DNA of 64,000 bases from Lingula anatina. Lineage: Eukaryota > Animalia > Brachiopoda. Below the pieces are notes generated by a model. That model searched no databases, was not told the origin of the DNA, and saw only the letters and a list, made by a program, of their open reading frames with translations. Where the stretch lies: assembly GCA_051362555.1 (NCBI GenBank), contig CM120648.1, forward strand, positions 12,954,587 to 13,018,586. Reading direction: 5' to 3'. How positions within the stretch are numbered: the stretch's first letter is position 1; the number at the start of each line of letters is the position of its first letter. Of the stretch, positions 35,678 to 48,899 are shown in pieces. The translations under genes and the position numbers were made by a program.

Positions 35678-36078
35678 GGGGGGAGCATGAAGGGAATAAA
35701 TAATTATAAGTAGTATCCTTGCGACACAAGGTTACTCTGCAATTTATATCTTTCAATTTATGCTGTGAAATAATAGCCAGCTAGTCTGTTGATCTCGCGA
35801 ATCAACCAAATGACCGTTAGTTGAGTTGCTTAACTGCAAGTGATTAATCCCCTCCCCTCCCCCGAACGTCATACTGGCAGGTTTCCAAATGAAGACTATA
35901 CCGCAGAAAATGTTTGGGGCCCAAAAGAGAGTCAGCCAAGGACACGTTTGGGGAACACGTTTGAACACGTCATGATGGACATTTACACGGTACAGGTGTA
36001 GGACCAGAACAGAGCCTCTGGTAAACAGTTTAGAACGAAGGGACCGAACTTGATTTGAGGACCAGAAGAGAGGCTTAA
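33990..36078. mobile_element. 2.1-kb non-autonomous element with about 145-bp TIRs, TTAA at both ends
   Basis: 33990-34133 is the reverse complement of about 35929-36078 (ttaagcctctcttctggtcctcaaatcaagttcggtccctt...). No transposase recognised inside. Confidence 0.8.
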
Positions 36079-36149
36079 CATGTGTCCACTGAGCCACTTT
36101 ATTGTGTACAACAACTGCATGTATGCCACCTGTGCAACTCAAGGGCTAC

Positions 36150-36645
36150 CTTAGGGCTATCGGTCTTAGTAAATCGATCCAACTCTGCGGGGACTCTGCG
36201 CTGAATGCAATCAGTTTAACAGATTAACACGAGCCCTCCTGGGGTTAAGTAGAATACAGAATACAGAAGAGCTGGTGATTATACAAGTACTATACGTTGG
36301 AAACAAGAGGTGGAGTGTCATTCAGTTAGGCCGATTGCACTTTGCGGTTCCCGCAGAGTTGGGTTGAACTACGTAGCCCGATAGTGTCTATGGGAAATGC
36401 GTCTATGAGCGCATTCAGATTCACACATCACACTAGCTGGGTCGATCCAACTCTGCTGGGGATTCTCGTTGAAGTGCAATCAGAGGAATCAGCTTAATTG
36501 TCTTACTCGTCTCCTTGAGCAGCTATAGGGAGTAATTAACTATAGTTTGTTGATTAAGCTGATTCCACTGATTGCACTTCAGCTAGTATCCTCCGCAGAG
36601 TTGGGCCGATCCAGCTAGTACGATGTGTGGATGTGAATGCCCCCT
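36150..36645. mobile_element. Two adjacent fold-back MITEs (gatccaactctgc family)
   Basis: Inverted arms gcattcagattcacacatc...gatgtgtggatgtgaatgc, and gatccaactctgcggg paired with cccgcagagttggg. Confidence 0.65.
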
Positions 36646-38114
36646 ATGGCACAAGACAATAGAGACGACCTTGGAACATTAATGTATCCTTTGATGTCAG
36701 GGGCTTGTACAATAAAATAATATACAAAATTTAGGTATAAGCCCGTGTGGGAAAACATCCACTTTAACAGTCTGGTGCAATGAAACTACCTCCCCTACCC
36801 GCCCCCTAAACAGTGGCACTGCAGTACAGAAGGATATTGTTACCCTCTGTTATCAGCCCCCCTAAAATACGCTACATAATCACGCTGATTTTCAATATTT
36901 TTGTACCAGACCACTAGCGCACCCTGTGGTCAGAGAGTAGATAATTGTAGGGTTGAGTGTAATCACTCAGCCGGGTAGATCTGTCTGGACTACCCTCTAC
37001 CCTCTATTTTTGTGGACAGTTTTTGATGAGGCGATTGTGTTTTGACACCAGACCAAAATGACTGTCTATTTATCTAGAGACATATCTGTGAAAAAATCAA
37101 CCTGTCGTCCTGGTAGAGGGTAGCCTATATCTGGACCAAGTCTGAGACTTCTCGCTATCTTTTGATATCGTGGGCTTCTTAAATAGTGTACAAAATTTTA
37201 AATATGCATTACGTATCATAGGGATGCTGTACTCTGCGCCTACTGTACGTGTGAACCCCCCCCCCCCCCCCCTCCGCTGTCAAATATAAAGGGTATGACC
37301 GGCTAGGAATGTGTTCCTGTTGATTACTCGAAATATTCTTGTGTTCCACACTTTTGTAACAGACTACCAGTGCACCTTGTTATCAGGCAACGCATATGCA
37401 AACAGAAATAAATACAGCAGTCAATTTTCAAATATACGAACTCTGTTTATCTTTAACAAATAATTTTATTCAAATATAATTAAATGATAAGCGAATTTAC
37501 AATCGGGCGTCTCAATATGTAATGCTGTCTAACCTAACCATAGTGAGAAATACTACGCAACTGTGTGATTTTGTTTTATCTTATTTAACTAACTTAAGTA
37601 GCTATAAACAAAACGTGTTTATTTAGCAAGCCTCCGTGTGTTTTGTTCTGTGTAGGTTTTTATCCTACAATGAGACATATTTTTAATTTAATTTTTAATT
37701 TAATTTTTCAATAACGGCTTGGCAAAATACTAGCATGGTTTAGTAAACAGTACAAAACGAAGAAGGCATAAACGTATACAGAGCTTATAACAGCGGGTCA
37801 CATATTATGCATGCATCTACAGCAAATATACTTCATACACAAAATCTTTAACAACTTCCACAGGACCTTCATGTACACTGTGCCCTGCGTCTCACCATAT
37901 ACTTGCCTCTGGTATATACATGTAGATTGCACCTTAAATGATTAAAATAATAACTGATAGACTTTTATTTCATTTTTTAACCTTGCTTTTTAGTTTCTTT
38001 GTTTTAAATTTGTTTACGTATGTCTTTTAATATCCCTTTATTCTTATTCACTAGTGGTTTTATTCAACTATGATGCAATGATTGTAATTATCCAACCCTC
38101 GGGTTGCAAGATTG

Positions 38115-38164
<50 letters not shown>
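38115..38164. repeat. (AAT)n microsatellite
   Basis: Seen directly. Other simple repeats: (AAT)n at about 43124-43162, poly-G at about 35640-35676, poly-A at about 47558-47605, (GT)n at about 63840-63874. Confidence 0.95.
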
Positions 38165-39493
38165 TTATGCAATAGAATACCCTTTGGTAATGACATGCAT
38201 GGACTGGACATGTCCAATATAGTGAGCACGGGAACCAAGAAGAAGACGACAACTCTTTAACAAAAAAAGAAAAAGCACTTAATGCACTGAAGAATTGTCG
38301 TCTTTTTCTTGGTTCTCGTGTTCACTACTGGGCATGTCCAGTGCATGTATGTCGTTAACAAATGGCATTATATTGTTTTCTTTAAATAAGCGTCCTTTGT
38401 TACTCGAGATCAAGTACTATCTGTAATGTATGGCACCGCAAGCACCGTCTTTCTCCGTGAATATTGCACTGACCAAACTCCCCTCCAAATAAAACCCCTT
38501 GTTATGTTCAAACTTAAGTTGTGACACCAGTTGACCGAGTAAGGTCTGTTCAAGTTAACCAGAAACACATCTTTACTGTTACTTAGTAACCCACATAGTT
38601 AGGCCAATTCACATTTCTAATGATATTTCAATTTGCATTTTGCTACCGAGTCCATTTTCAACATTTTCTTAATGACTGAATTGTATGGTGTACACCATTT
38701 CAGATAGTACTTGTTCGATGATATAAACTAAATCTTGTTTTCTCACACTGAATTTCAAAGCAGGTAACATGCTTTATAATTGAGATAAGATATTATTGCG
38801 TTGTTCTCTTAGTCGTTTCTTTGTGTGTAAAAAAACATTGATCTCAGATACTGCATATGCTTTGATTAAACAAAGTTATGTTTAAAACCTGCAGAAATAG
38901 AGGGTGAGAAACCTGGCGTAGTTCGTTATCAAAGTGTACAAAACATTTTCATTATCAACATATGTAAAAAATTCGTTTTAAGATGTACAAATCATCAACA
39001 AAAAGTGTTCAAACATAAACAAAACATATTTTCAATGAACATACAAATCCCTTTGATCGTTGCACTTAATTCGTATCTTACCCTTACAATAAAGATGTCG
39101 ACTACTTCGTTTTTTTTTTTTCATTTTTCCTTTTTTTCAAAATACCTACAATCAAGCATTAGCAATAGCTCATCTTGTTACCGCAATTCATAATCCTTAA
39201 TTTCTAAAATAGCTTACACTTATCGGAACTCTCATCTTCACCGCCTTGACTCCACCAGTAATAACCAACATACTGATCTCATATTCTTATTTATATGAAT
39301 AAAGTTATCAAAACCATACAACTAGTAACATTATAAAATTTACATTGGAAATAAATATAACAATGAGGTAAAAAAAACATGAAAATCTTCTGATCTTTCA
39401 GTTGAGTACAACCGTGTTGTTCGCATTGCTATTTTATGTGTCAACTTGCATACGTATACGAAATTCTCTTCTAGATCTCTGCTGACAGTCATA

Positions 39494-42400
39494 TCACACA
39501 CACGTCACCTTAACCATGCCTACCGTGCCCTTATTCTGAGCGAGAAGGCTCTCTCTACTGGTCACCGACCCGTCACTTCCCGCCCTCTGGTGTGACCTCT
39601 GCATTTTGTTTTGACCCATGGCCTCAGAGTTTGACAGACCTATTCCCGAGGATGCCCCGTGTACGCCCGGCAAAGGCATGTGAACGGCCAAGTCTCGGTT
39701 TTCATCTGTAAAATTGGTACTGTCTGTCTCACTAAGAAGTCCTGAAAAAAGAAGATGTACTTACAATTTCGATGTTCATTTGAAGAATTAGTTAGGAAAA
39801 AATTAATGCCAATTTTTTCAATACTTCGTTTGCAAAAAGTCTCTTTCCGAACCATTATTCAGCAAATGAGGCAAATAAATAGGCCTACTTGAACGCCTGT
39901 AATGTAAATAATTAATATATACTATAAATAACCATATTACTGTACATACAGAGACTTGAAGAGTATGTAAGAAATACTTCAAGTGTCCAGGAGAGCATAT
40001 CTCAGTTCCTCTTACGTCAAAAACTGGGTCGTTGAATTGAGTTGCTATGAAAACAGTCACTTCAGTAACATTGGTAACGTGTGTGTGTGTGCGTGTGTGT
40101 GTGTGTGTGTGTGTCTGTGAGCCAAATGGTTTACCTGTATGTCACTTTTTGGTGAAATGGGTACATGTACACCTCTTCTACATGAGCAGTGTTGAATGAC
40201 ATCTATCTTTTTCAAGTTTCAACTTACCTTCAATTTTTTGCAGTATGGCTTGGGATATGTTCCCCTGTCCTATAAAATCCAGCGCCCGCAGAAGAGCCGC
40301 CACCGTAGCGTCTCTGGCGCGTTTTTCCTTCCAGATCGTGAGCATTCTGCTCACTCGATCTGCAAGCGGTGTACTGGAAGCTGAAATGTACAAGAATATC
40401 ATCCACCTTTTTATAGGGATTACTCAATCTTTTCACTCTTATTAAATTTTTTCTTGACGCCCTCCCCCCTCTTTTTTTTATCTACCTCATAACTATATTG
40501 GCTCATGTTGACATTTATACATGTATCTGCCTTGAAAAATCTACCTAATCATCGTTTCAACAGTACACAAAAATTAATAATCAGTTGTTTCATTTATGTA
40601 TATTTATACGTACACGGTAATTCATTCACATATTTTTTAAAAACAATTTTATCATGCTTATTCACTTATTTACTTTAGAAAAGTATTTTTTGCAAAAGAA
40701 ATTGTGATGTTTAAAAACTTACGAGGATATGCTTCATATATTTCAAAACGCACAGTAGTATCAAAATTCTCCAACAGACGTCTTCCCAATCGCTCCCAGT
40801 TTTTACCGATGTTATTTTCCACTATCCCAAATGCTATATGAAGAACTAAAAAAGTTGAAATTTATGTAAAAGTTGGACGACTTTTAAATGTAGCAAATCG
40901 TAGTTTTGGAGCTGATTAATAAACACAATCAGTGCATACTGCAAGTTTTGATAGCAAGTTTCAAAAGAGAGAGAGAGAGAGAGAGATGCCACACATTTTA
41001 CTCTTCAGGTTTTCCTAACCTAAGTCGTGACCTCGTTTATAGGGAAATGAAGAATTTTGACAAAGTAGCAGTATGATATCATACACCAGTACAATCCCAA
41101 TTACCTTCCCCCTCCAAAGTTCCACTAGTCAGTCGGGCCAGAATCTCCTGTCTATTTTGTTCTTCATTCTTTTTGTTCGTTGTCCATTTCCATGCACAAT
41201 AAGCTATAATGGCTAGTGCACATAAAATAACCCCAGGGACCGTCACACCAAGTATAATCTTTAGCATCTTAGGCCCTTCTGACTTCTGCTGCTGTGAAGA
41301 ACCGGTCTGGTTGCAGTCCTTGGTCCAATCTGAAATAAGAAATTGCACAGACTCATGTTGAATGTCGAGTTTTCATAAATTAAAGAATGAATTCCAAATT
41401 ACAGTATAAGTTTTTTTTTTCAAAATAACAATTTAACTTATGATTATTTGAACTCCAAGTTTAGCTTCTGCGTTGACGAAACTATAATTACAACTGAAAA
41501 AATACCACTGAAAAAATTATATGCTGTAAATGAATTCATTATTTGTCATTTCAATTATATAGAGAGCATATGTTGAGTGAACGACCATAACAAAAGCTAA
41601 ATTTAAATGACTGACTGACGAATAATTTTTAACATAAATATCAAATTATTAAATGCAAAGTCTTTCTTCAATTAAGAAAGTAAAAATGCACCTGTGTCTG
41701 CCTTCCAATAATGTCCCAATTTGGTCTATATGTTAATTTCTCAAAATTGATTTAATATTTTACCTGTGAAGTTGGCTGCGCTGCAGATGTTGTCCGCGGT
41801 GGCGTTTCCCTTGATTTCCACACATTTCCCCTCTCTCCGACAACTGAAACATGAGACGTTTGCGTATATTGTGTTAGGTGAGACCCCCGTGCATTGTATT
41901 GGTTGCGATCGTTTTACTCTTCTCCGCACAAAACAAATGCCGACATCATCATCAAAGACCTATTCGGGGCCGGTTTCACAAATAGATCTACCTCAAAATT
42001 TCTCTTAAAATCTTAACTCTCTAAATGTGTCATGTATTTTATCAATTTTTTACTCACAATCGTTGTTGTTAATTCATGAACCACATAATTACCTCCGCAA
42101 AGGAAGTTATGTTTTCACCCGTTTGTTTGTTTGTTTGTTTGTTTGTCTGTCATCAACATAACTCAAAAAGTTATGGATCGATTTTGATGAAATTTTCAGG
42201 AACTGTATGAAGTGGGCCAAGGAACAGATGACTGGTTTTTGGTGGTGATCTGGGTCAATAATCAATAATTAATAATAAATTGCTGCCTTGGCGGAGGTCT
42301 GCGCTGTCGGAGTGCTTTTCATTAATGTGGAAGGGAGACTTTGACCAAGGACGAGAGTGGAGGGGGGGTCTTCGTTGTTCCTCGCACGCACACACGCACA

Positions 42401-43122
42401 ACGGATCCACCTATGTTAGTTTCAAGTTTTTTCTGAGACTTACTTGGTGTGTTGCTTGCAGCTGTCACCGTCCTTGAAAAAACCCTCTGGACACTCGGGG
42501 AAACAACCTGACAAATACAAAATAATAATAGTAAAAAGCAGTTTATCCACTTCCCTCATGCATTCATTTTGACATTTCTTTTTGTTACAAATTCTTCAAA
42601 ACAAGGAGCCGAGAGGTTCAACACACACCTGTGCAACGTACATGTATGTCAGGAACTTTTTTTGCTATAAATAAATGATTAACAAATAAACAGAAAGAAA
42701 CCACGAAAAATCTTGCGATTTGTTAAAGACGTTGTGAGTTTTTCGGTGACTTTGAAGGTCAATTCATTAACGACAACGACCGCAGCGGGGACAAGAAAAC
42801 TGAACAGCTTTGGGGAACTCTGTTACTGCTTTCATTTTGGATCACCTCGGCCTCATAATAATTATGTCACAAAGGGTTTTCTCGGAAGTTTGAATCGCTT
42901 AGCGCATTATAACAAACAAAATAAAGATAAAGGTATCTCAATACTAGGTCTAAATGTACAACAGTCTGACTGATGCTTGTACACAATGTGTATGCCTGGA
43001 TAATCAATTGTATTACCTTACTGCTAGCGTTCAAATATTTACTAAAACAAAAAGAAGTACCGGTACAACAATTTTCAAAACCTCAAAAAAAAAAAAATAA
43101 ATAAATAAAATAAATAAAATAA

Positions 43123-43165
<43 letters not shown>

Positions 43166-46100
43166 TAAAAAGTGGGTGGGAAGCATTTTTGATTTTTTTG
43201 GTGTTCCTTACAAGACAGGATTCAGCCATAAATAGCCGAAAATAATCAATGGAAAATCTTGAAAAGTTTGTGCAATCTTGTGCGGTAGAGTGCAGTCTTA
43301 TCAATGCAGGCTATCATGTCTATGAATCGTCTGCAACAATTGGGTGTGACCCGGGAGCAGAACAGTTTAACGCGGTCTGTCCTATTTAGGGAGAGACAGA
43401 TGGAATAAAAAAAGTGCCATGGTATCTGTAAAGTTCTATAGAGCTATGGGTTAGTTTTACTTCTATATCTAAAATTGTGCAATTTACTCTGCCTTATAGT
43501 AACTCTATGCAACCGGAATATTTTGCTAGCACCTTGATACATCTTCCACTTGTGTCTCCCCCATAAAACGGTCCACACTAAAAAATCGATAATCGTATGA
43601 CAATTTTATACAGGCAATTGACCTACTTTTTAACCTGTGTAGTTATCTTCGCTATTTAGTCTGTTTACAAATTTGCAGTTAAAACGTGATACGGGTCTAA
43701 AAAATGATGGTAATAATTTTTTTACGTTATAAAAATAAAGAAAAAGAAAAACGCACGCCCCAAGTGACGAAATTTGTGAGTGAAAGGGGGCATAAAGCAA
43801 ATCGTTTGACCTCTATATTCATTAATTTGTTTATCTGTTTGGTAAATGCAATTGGGACAACTTTGTACTTTTCCGAGAACGTGGACATTTCGAGAGGTTA
43901 CATGTACTTATTAAGGACTAAAACTTGTAAAAAAAGGAAGAGAATTCCTGGGGAACAATGTAGATAGCATGAAAAGATAAATGAATAACTGAACTGATCT
44001 GATGATCAAAATAACATATAATTGAATAAAAACCAACAAGAGGGAGAAATATAATTTTTATCACTTGATGGATATACTAACAAACACCCTCACCTGTGCT
44101 GTTTTCCTTGGTCGTTTGACCAGGCGGACAAGAAGGTCGTGGCGTGGTAGGCCGCACGCTGGGGTCAGGAATGCATTCACCGAGTGTCTTGTGCCATGTG
44201 CAACCTTGAAGACAAGAGCATTCCGCATCCTTGGTCAAACTACCGGGGTCCTTGACGGTGGTGCATTTCTGTACGTCTGGATTCTGATCTAGACATAGTC
44301 GTCTGTAAATTAAAAAAAATTATATTTATATGATACTGATATTTATATTTGATGTTACGAAAAATACAAATATTATAACTTATCTCCATTCCTCACACAA
44401 AACCATGGAGGAAATCACCTGTTTTCGAGCTCTTAATGTAAATTTCTATCTTTTAACAGTCTAAATCTCCATTGGGAGACATACTGGTAAAACTTTTAAA
44501 TCCGTTTTGTCTCCGTTTTTGGATAAGGTATACAACCTGTACAATGAATACAGATCGACTTTTAGAAAGGGAAAGGCTTACACTTCAAATTATCCCCATA
44601 GTTTACCCTCCCCCCCCCCCCCCCGGCAGCCTACACCAAGCTTACATGCACGTACGCGAACAAATAAAACGTGAAAAATCACAAAATGAAAACACCTTTC
44701 GTTCCCATTCAGAATTTAGTGACTTACTTCAGTTTGCATCTTTTACCCAGGGGATTCACATTATCGTCTTGATAGTAACCGTCTTCACAGGGGACGCAGC
44801 GTGACGAATCCCTGTCATGAGGTGTGCACAGTTTGGCATACTGCCCTGGAATTTGAAGAACGGTAACTGGTGATTAAAAACCCGTGTCATAAACGTATAG
44901 AACGACCAAATTCAAACCGCTTTACGAGACAGTTGAGTCATCACGTACTGATAAAGAAAATGCATACGAGGTAGAAAATTCATTGACGTCATTGATATTC
45001 TAAATCAAACACTTTTCATTGTGTTATATTCCATTACATTGAATGCATGAATTGAGGTTTTTAAAACTTTTTAGTGTCCTTAAAAATATTTTAATCGCTT
45101 TTCTTCACTTTTGCAGAACACGCTGTGTGAAAACAAAAAAAAAATGGGGTATTTAAAAGAAAAAGGGAAGAAAGTTTTGACAGCAAAATAAAACGTCCTT
45201 TTGAAAAAAAAGGAAATACGAAAAACGTACCGAAAGGTAGGCAGGCAAGTACTAGACTAAGCACGCTGTCAAACGGGCAGACAAACAGAAAAAAATACAT
45301 ACAGCATTCACTGAGACCGATACATAAACACGCATTAATGTGTTTAAAATTACTAATGAAATCTGTTATACTAACTATCCCATTGATATAAATTCAACTA
45401 TTTAGTGCGCTAATTCTGTAATATTGCCCAAATCTAGATAAAAAGTGACAGCGTTAAGACTAATGTCGAATGCAGTACATGATCAGTGCCATGCAAAACC
45501 TCTTTCATACATGTATATGATAAGATTAGATAATACACAGGTAGGTGATTAAATAGTACCGTTGTACAATGAGTCATGGATCTGTAAGGCGCGAACGACA
45601 TGATGCAATCATCTAGAAAATTAATATTAGCTATAACTTCTACAAGTCCCCAAAGCCTGTGGTTTAAAAATACAGCTTTGAAATTAAAAACCAAAAACGA
45701 TCAAACTGCATGGGTTGCTCATTAATACCATTATTTGCATGATTGAAAAAGACAATGAATCAGACTGGATAAATCAGTTGAAGCTGGGGTTTGAGTAATA
45801 AGAATAGTGTAAAAAAAGCGATCCAAAAATGACAAAATACTATCCTTGCGGGCCCTTGACTTAGACCCCATTTCCAGAGATTAGATCGATCTACTTTAGA
45901 TCGACCTAACTCCCTGGGGTTCACGCTAAATAGCTGTCAGCCGAGCGGACACGAAAGTTAATTACCCCTTACAGCTTGTAGTAAGCGGGACGGACATTTA
46001 AGCCGGATTATCTGACAGTAATCTAGCGAGACTCCCCGCGGGGATAGATCGATCTAAAAGCTCTGGGAATACAGCCTTAGGCTGAAGCGCGTAGTTGCTT

Positions 46101-46800
46101 CTCCCGCCTCCAGTGAGGGGGAAGCAGGGAATCCCCCCCCCCCCCCCTTCAAACCCCCCCCCCCCCCCCCCCGCGCCATGCACGTTTACTAGGACATTTG
46201 CTTGTATTCGTAACATTGGTAGTTCATTGTCATTGTACTACATTTATGACACCTAGTTAGAACAATGTTAACTAATTTGGATAGGCCTAATGATAACCAC
46301 TTTTTAAATACGTTTACATGTCATGATTCTTTTAAAAAACCCAAAATATAAAATACATTGTACAGTTGTAAAAACATAAAGCCGAATTCCTTTCACTTAT
46401 GTCGCCCTAACTCTACTGAGTGGGTAGACAAGAATAAATCAAAATGAATGAAAATCAGTAACAATGGTTAAAAATAAATAAATATAAGCAAACGGGAGGT
46501 GATTAAACAGTTTTCAACTTGACCGATTGAGTGTTGGGACAACGAAAAAATACACTTCCTATATAAACTCACCAGGTCAGGGCCAGACTTTTCAATCATT
46601 CCCCCTATAAAAGTCATAAAAGGCAGACTTAGCAAAGTTATTTCAGCACACCTACCTTTCTCACACTGGATCTGCCTACACTCAACCTTGGCACCATAGT
46701 CCTCGTTCCGGATATAAATGTAGCGATATTCCGCCCCAACGTTTACCACTAAAAACAGTCCTAGAAAGCCTAAAATGCAACTGCGTAGAAGGGGTCCCAT
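39494..46800 (-). CDS. TNF receptor superfamily death-receptor-like gene, copy C (9 coding exons, 454 aa)
   Basis: E1 46656-46800 (MGPLLRSCILGFLGLFLVVNVGA...), E2 44728-44845, E3 44094-44302, E4 42444-42507, E5 41764-41843, E6 41105-41329 (TM), E7 40723-40845, E8 40228-40380 (death domain), E9 39494-39741 (ends KVTCV*). Total 1365 nt, open frame, same phases as copy B (1,2,1,2,1,1,1,1). Confidence 0.9.
42089..42320 (+). mobile_element. Short Helentron-type non-autonomous element specific to copy C intron 4
   Basis: acctccgcaaagg...(gttt)n...ccttggcggaggt...gcgct/gagtgc hairpin. Absent at the matching site in B (about 25745). Confidence 0.75.
45864..46076. mobile_element. PIF/Harbinger-like MITE specific to copy C intron 1
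   Basis: TTA TSD. The empty site ccttaacttaggcctgaagc is present in B at about 29551-29570. Confidence 0.85.
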
Positions 46801-47243
46801 GCTTGTTTTGAAGAGTGACCTCAGCGTCAGTGCTTTTATCTGTTCGATCGCAGTATTTAGGCCACAAGTAGATCTAGACGACGAAAGTACAGTAAATATT
46901 TTGTACTGATTATTACTATTATGTTTATGTCTCTTTCTCTGTCCTCGGCTGTCCGATTGTTGTGCTCTCATCATCTATCTAGTGTGTCCACTGGCATTTA
47001 ACAGGTAAGTGCATGTATATATTGTTATATTCCATGACGTCACTGTGGTAATAAACCAGAATCAACCGGTCTGCGCGCAGTCACATATAACGGAGTAGGG
47101 GATTTTTTGTTTTCTATAAATAGGAACAAGGTTATGCCTGGTGATTAAAAATAAAGAAAAGCAACGATATTTAAGATTGTTCAACAAAGTTTTATTTTTG
47201 AATATGTTTAGATACTCTAATATGAAAATATCTACACGTTATC

Positions 47244-47426
47244 CAAACCCGTAACCGGGGGTGGGGGTGGGGGGTGGGAGGGGGGTTCGAAAGAACCGCC
47301 CTTTTTGTTAGGAAAAGGTCCATTCTGGGTAAAATTTGATCTATGTACTCAAAGGTTTTATTGGAAAAGGTCCACTTATTCAGAAAAAGACCCCCCCCCC
47401 TTTTGAAATTGCTGGCTACGGGCCTG
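47244..47426. mobile_element. caggcccgtagcc-family MITE upstream of copy C
   Basis: 5-bp TSD ttatc. Internal sequence is shared with 24260-24429 and 48900-49067. Confidence 0.8.
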
Positions 47427-47556
47427 TTATCGTTATGGGAAAGTTTAAAGGTGGCAGGAGAATAATGTAAATATGACGCTCTGTAAATACACGGCAGTGC
47501 CAAAACTGAAGTAGCCGGCGGATTTTGGGGAGGGAGGGGGGCTGCCCCCCCCCCCC

Positions 47557-47599
<43 letters not shown>

Positions 47600-48899
47600 A
47601 AAAAAATCGCCTCTGACCCCTCTTCAAATAATCCTGGATCTGCCACGATTCCAAACTGAAAAAATAAATTAGTAGGCCTACTTTCTCAGTCATTATACCT
47701 ATAAAATGTGTGCATTGAACTCCAAAATAGTTGGTGTCCTTTTAAAACATGTAAAATATTGGCTATGGCAGTGTTCAAATTTTGTTGAAACACCGATATA
47801 CACCACAATACGAAAGGGCAGGCCCGAAAATGTGTCTCCTATTTTTTTTTTTTTTTTTTTTTTTTTTACTGTTATGTGATGCGTTTGACTAAAAGGGACT
47901 TTTAACGGGTTTATATAAATGTCACTGCCAAGCCTGAACGAGTCACCTACTAGGAATGCTTGGAAGCCAATCACGACTAATATTTACATTAAGGGCGTAA
48001 GCTTCTGTATACACAGACAATCAATAAACGACGTATCTATTTTTATAACCAAGTTTCGGTGACGTTTACGCTCCCCTAGTTGAAAACAAACATTTGTCAT
48101 CCGCTTGTAATAATGGATGAATTATAGGCCTACGACAAAGGCCAGTCCCCTCCCCCCAAAAAATAAATAAATAAATAAAAGATGGTATAATTAGCGAATA
48201 AGCAATTTCCCATCACTAAGAACTGAAGAATTGTTCTCCTTTAGCATTTTGGCTTTACCACACAGTGAAAGGCTCTGGTGAAAATAATATGTAAATCACA
48301 ATCATCTGGATAAAGTGTTACGATTGGGTTAAAAAATAAATAAAGTCAATAAATGAGGGTTCCTATAGGTGGGTAGTTATCACAGTTCACGGGAAATATA
48401 ATGATCAATTCAAAAATAACAGTAAATAAAACTTGATTCATAACTAATTGATAATGCAAGTCGAAAGGTCTGAAAATCAAGAAAGGGGGAGAATAAAAGC
48501 CCACATTCACGAGTCACGGGCGTGGGGTGCGTCACGGATCACCCTTCAAAATATGAGCGTTTCACGCGTTTCAGGAGGTAAAAAGTGGCTTTTACGGGTT
48601 GCGATAGGAAAATACCCTTCTAAGTGGAATTAGCAGGGCATTAAGGAAAAAAGCTGCGTTGTAAATAATAAGTATCTTACAGACTCCAGACGCAGAAGTT
48701 CCATGTGCATTGCAAATTACATGAACGCACTGATTACCTCCTACAAGGAGATACGTTTTCTCCTCCCGTTTGTTCGTCATCATCCTAACTCGGAAATGTT
48801 ATCGGTGGATTGTGATGAAATTTTCATGATACGAGTGTAGGTTACATACGGGCTTACTTAAAAATGAGAAAATTAAGGTTAATTATTAATCAATTAATG

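Noticed and set aside
22498-46800. Assigning a vertebrate symbol such as FAS, TNFRSF1A or EDAR
   Set aside because: The architecture is analogous, but orthology cannot be shown from the sequence. The split death-domain exons and long tail differ from FAS.
46468-46974. 168-aa ORF as a standalone gene
   Set aside because: Only 46656-46800 is conserved with the exon 1 of A and B. The rest is UTR and intron read-through.
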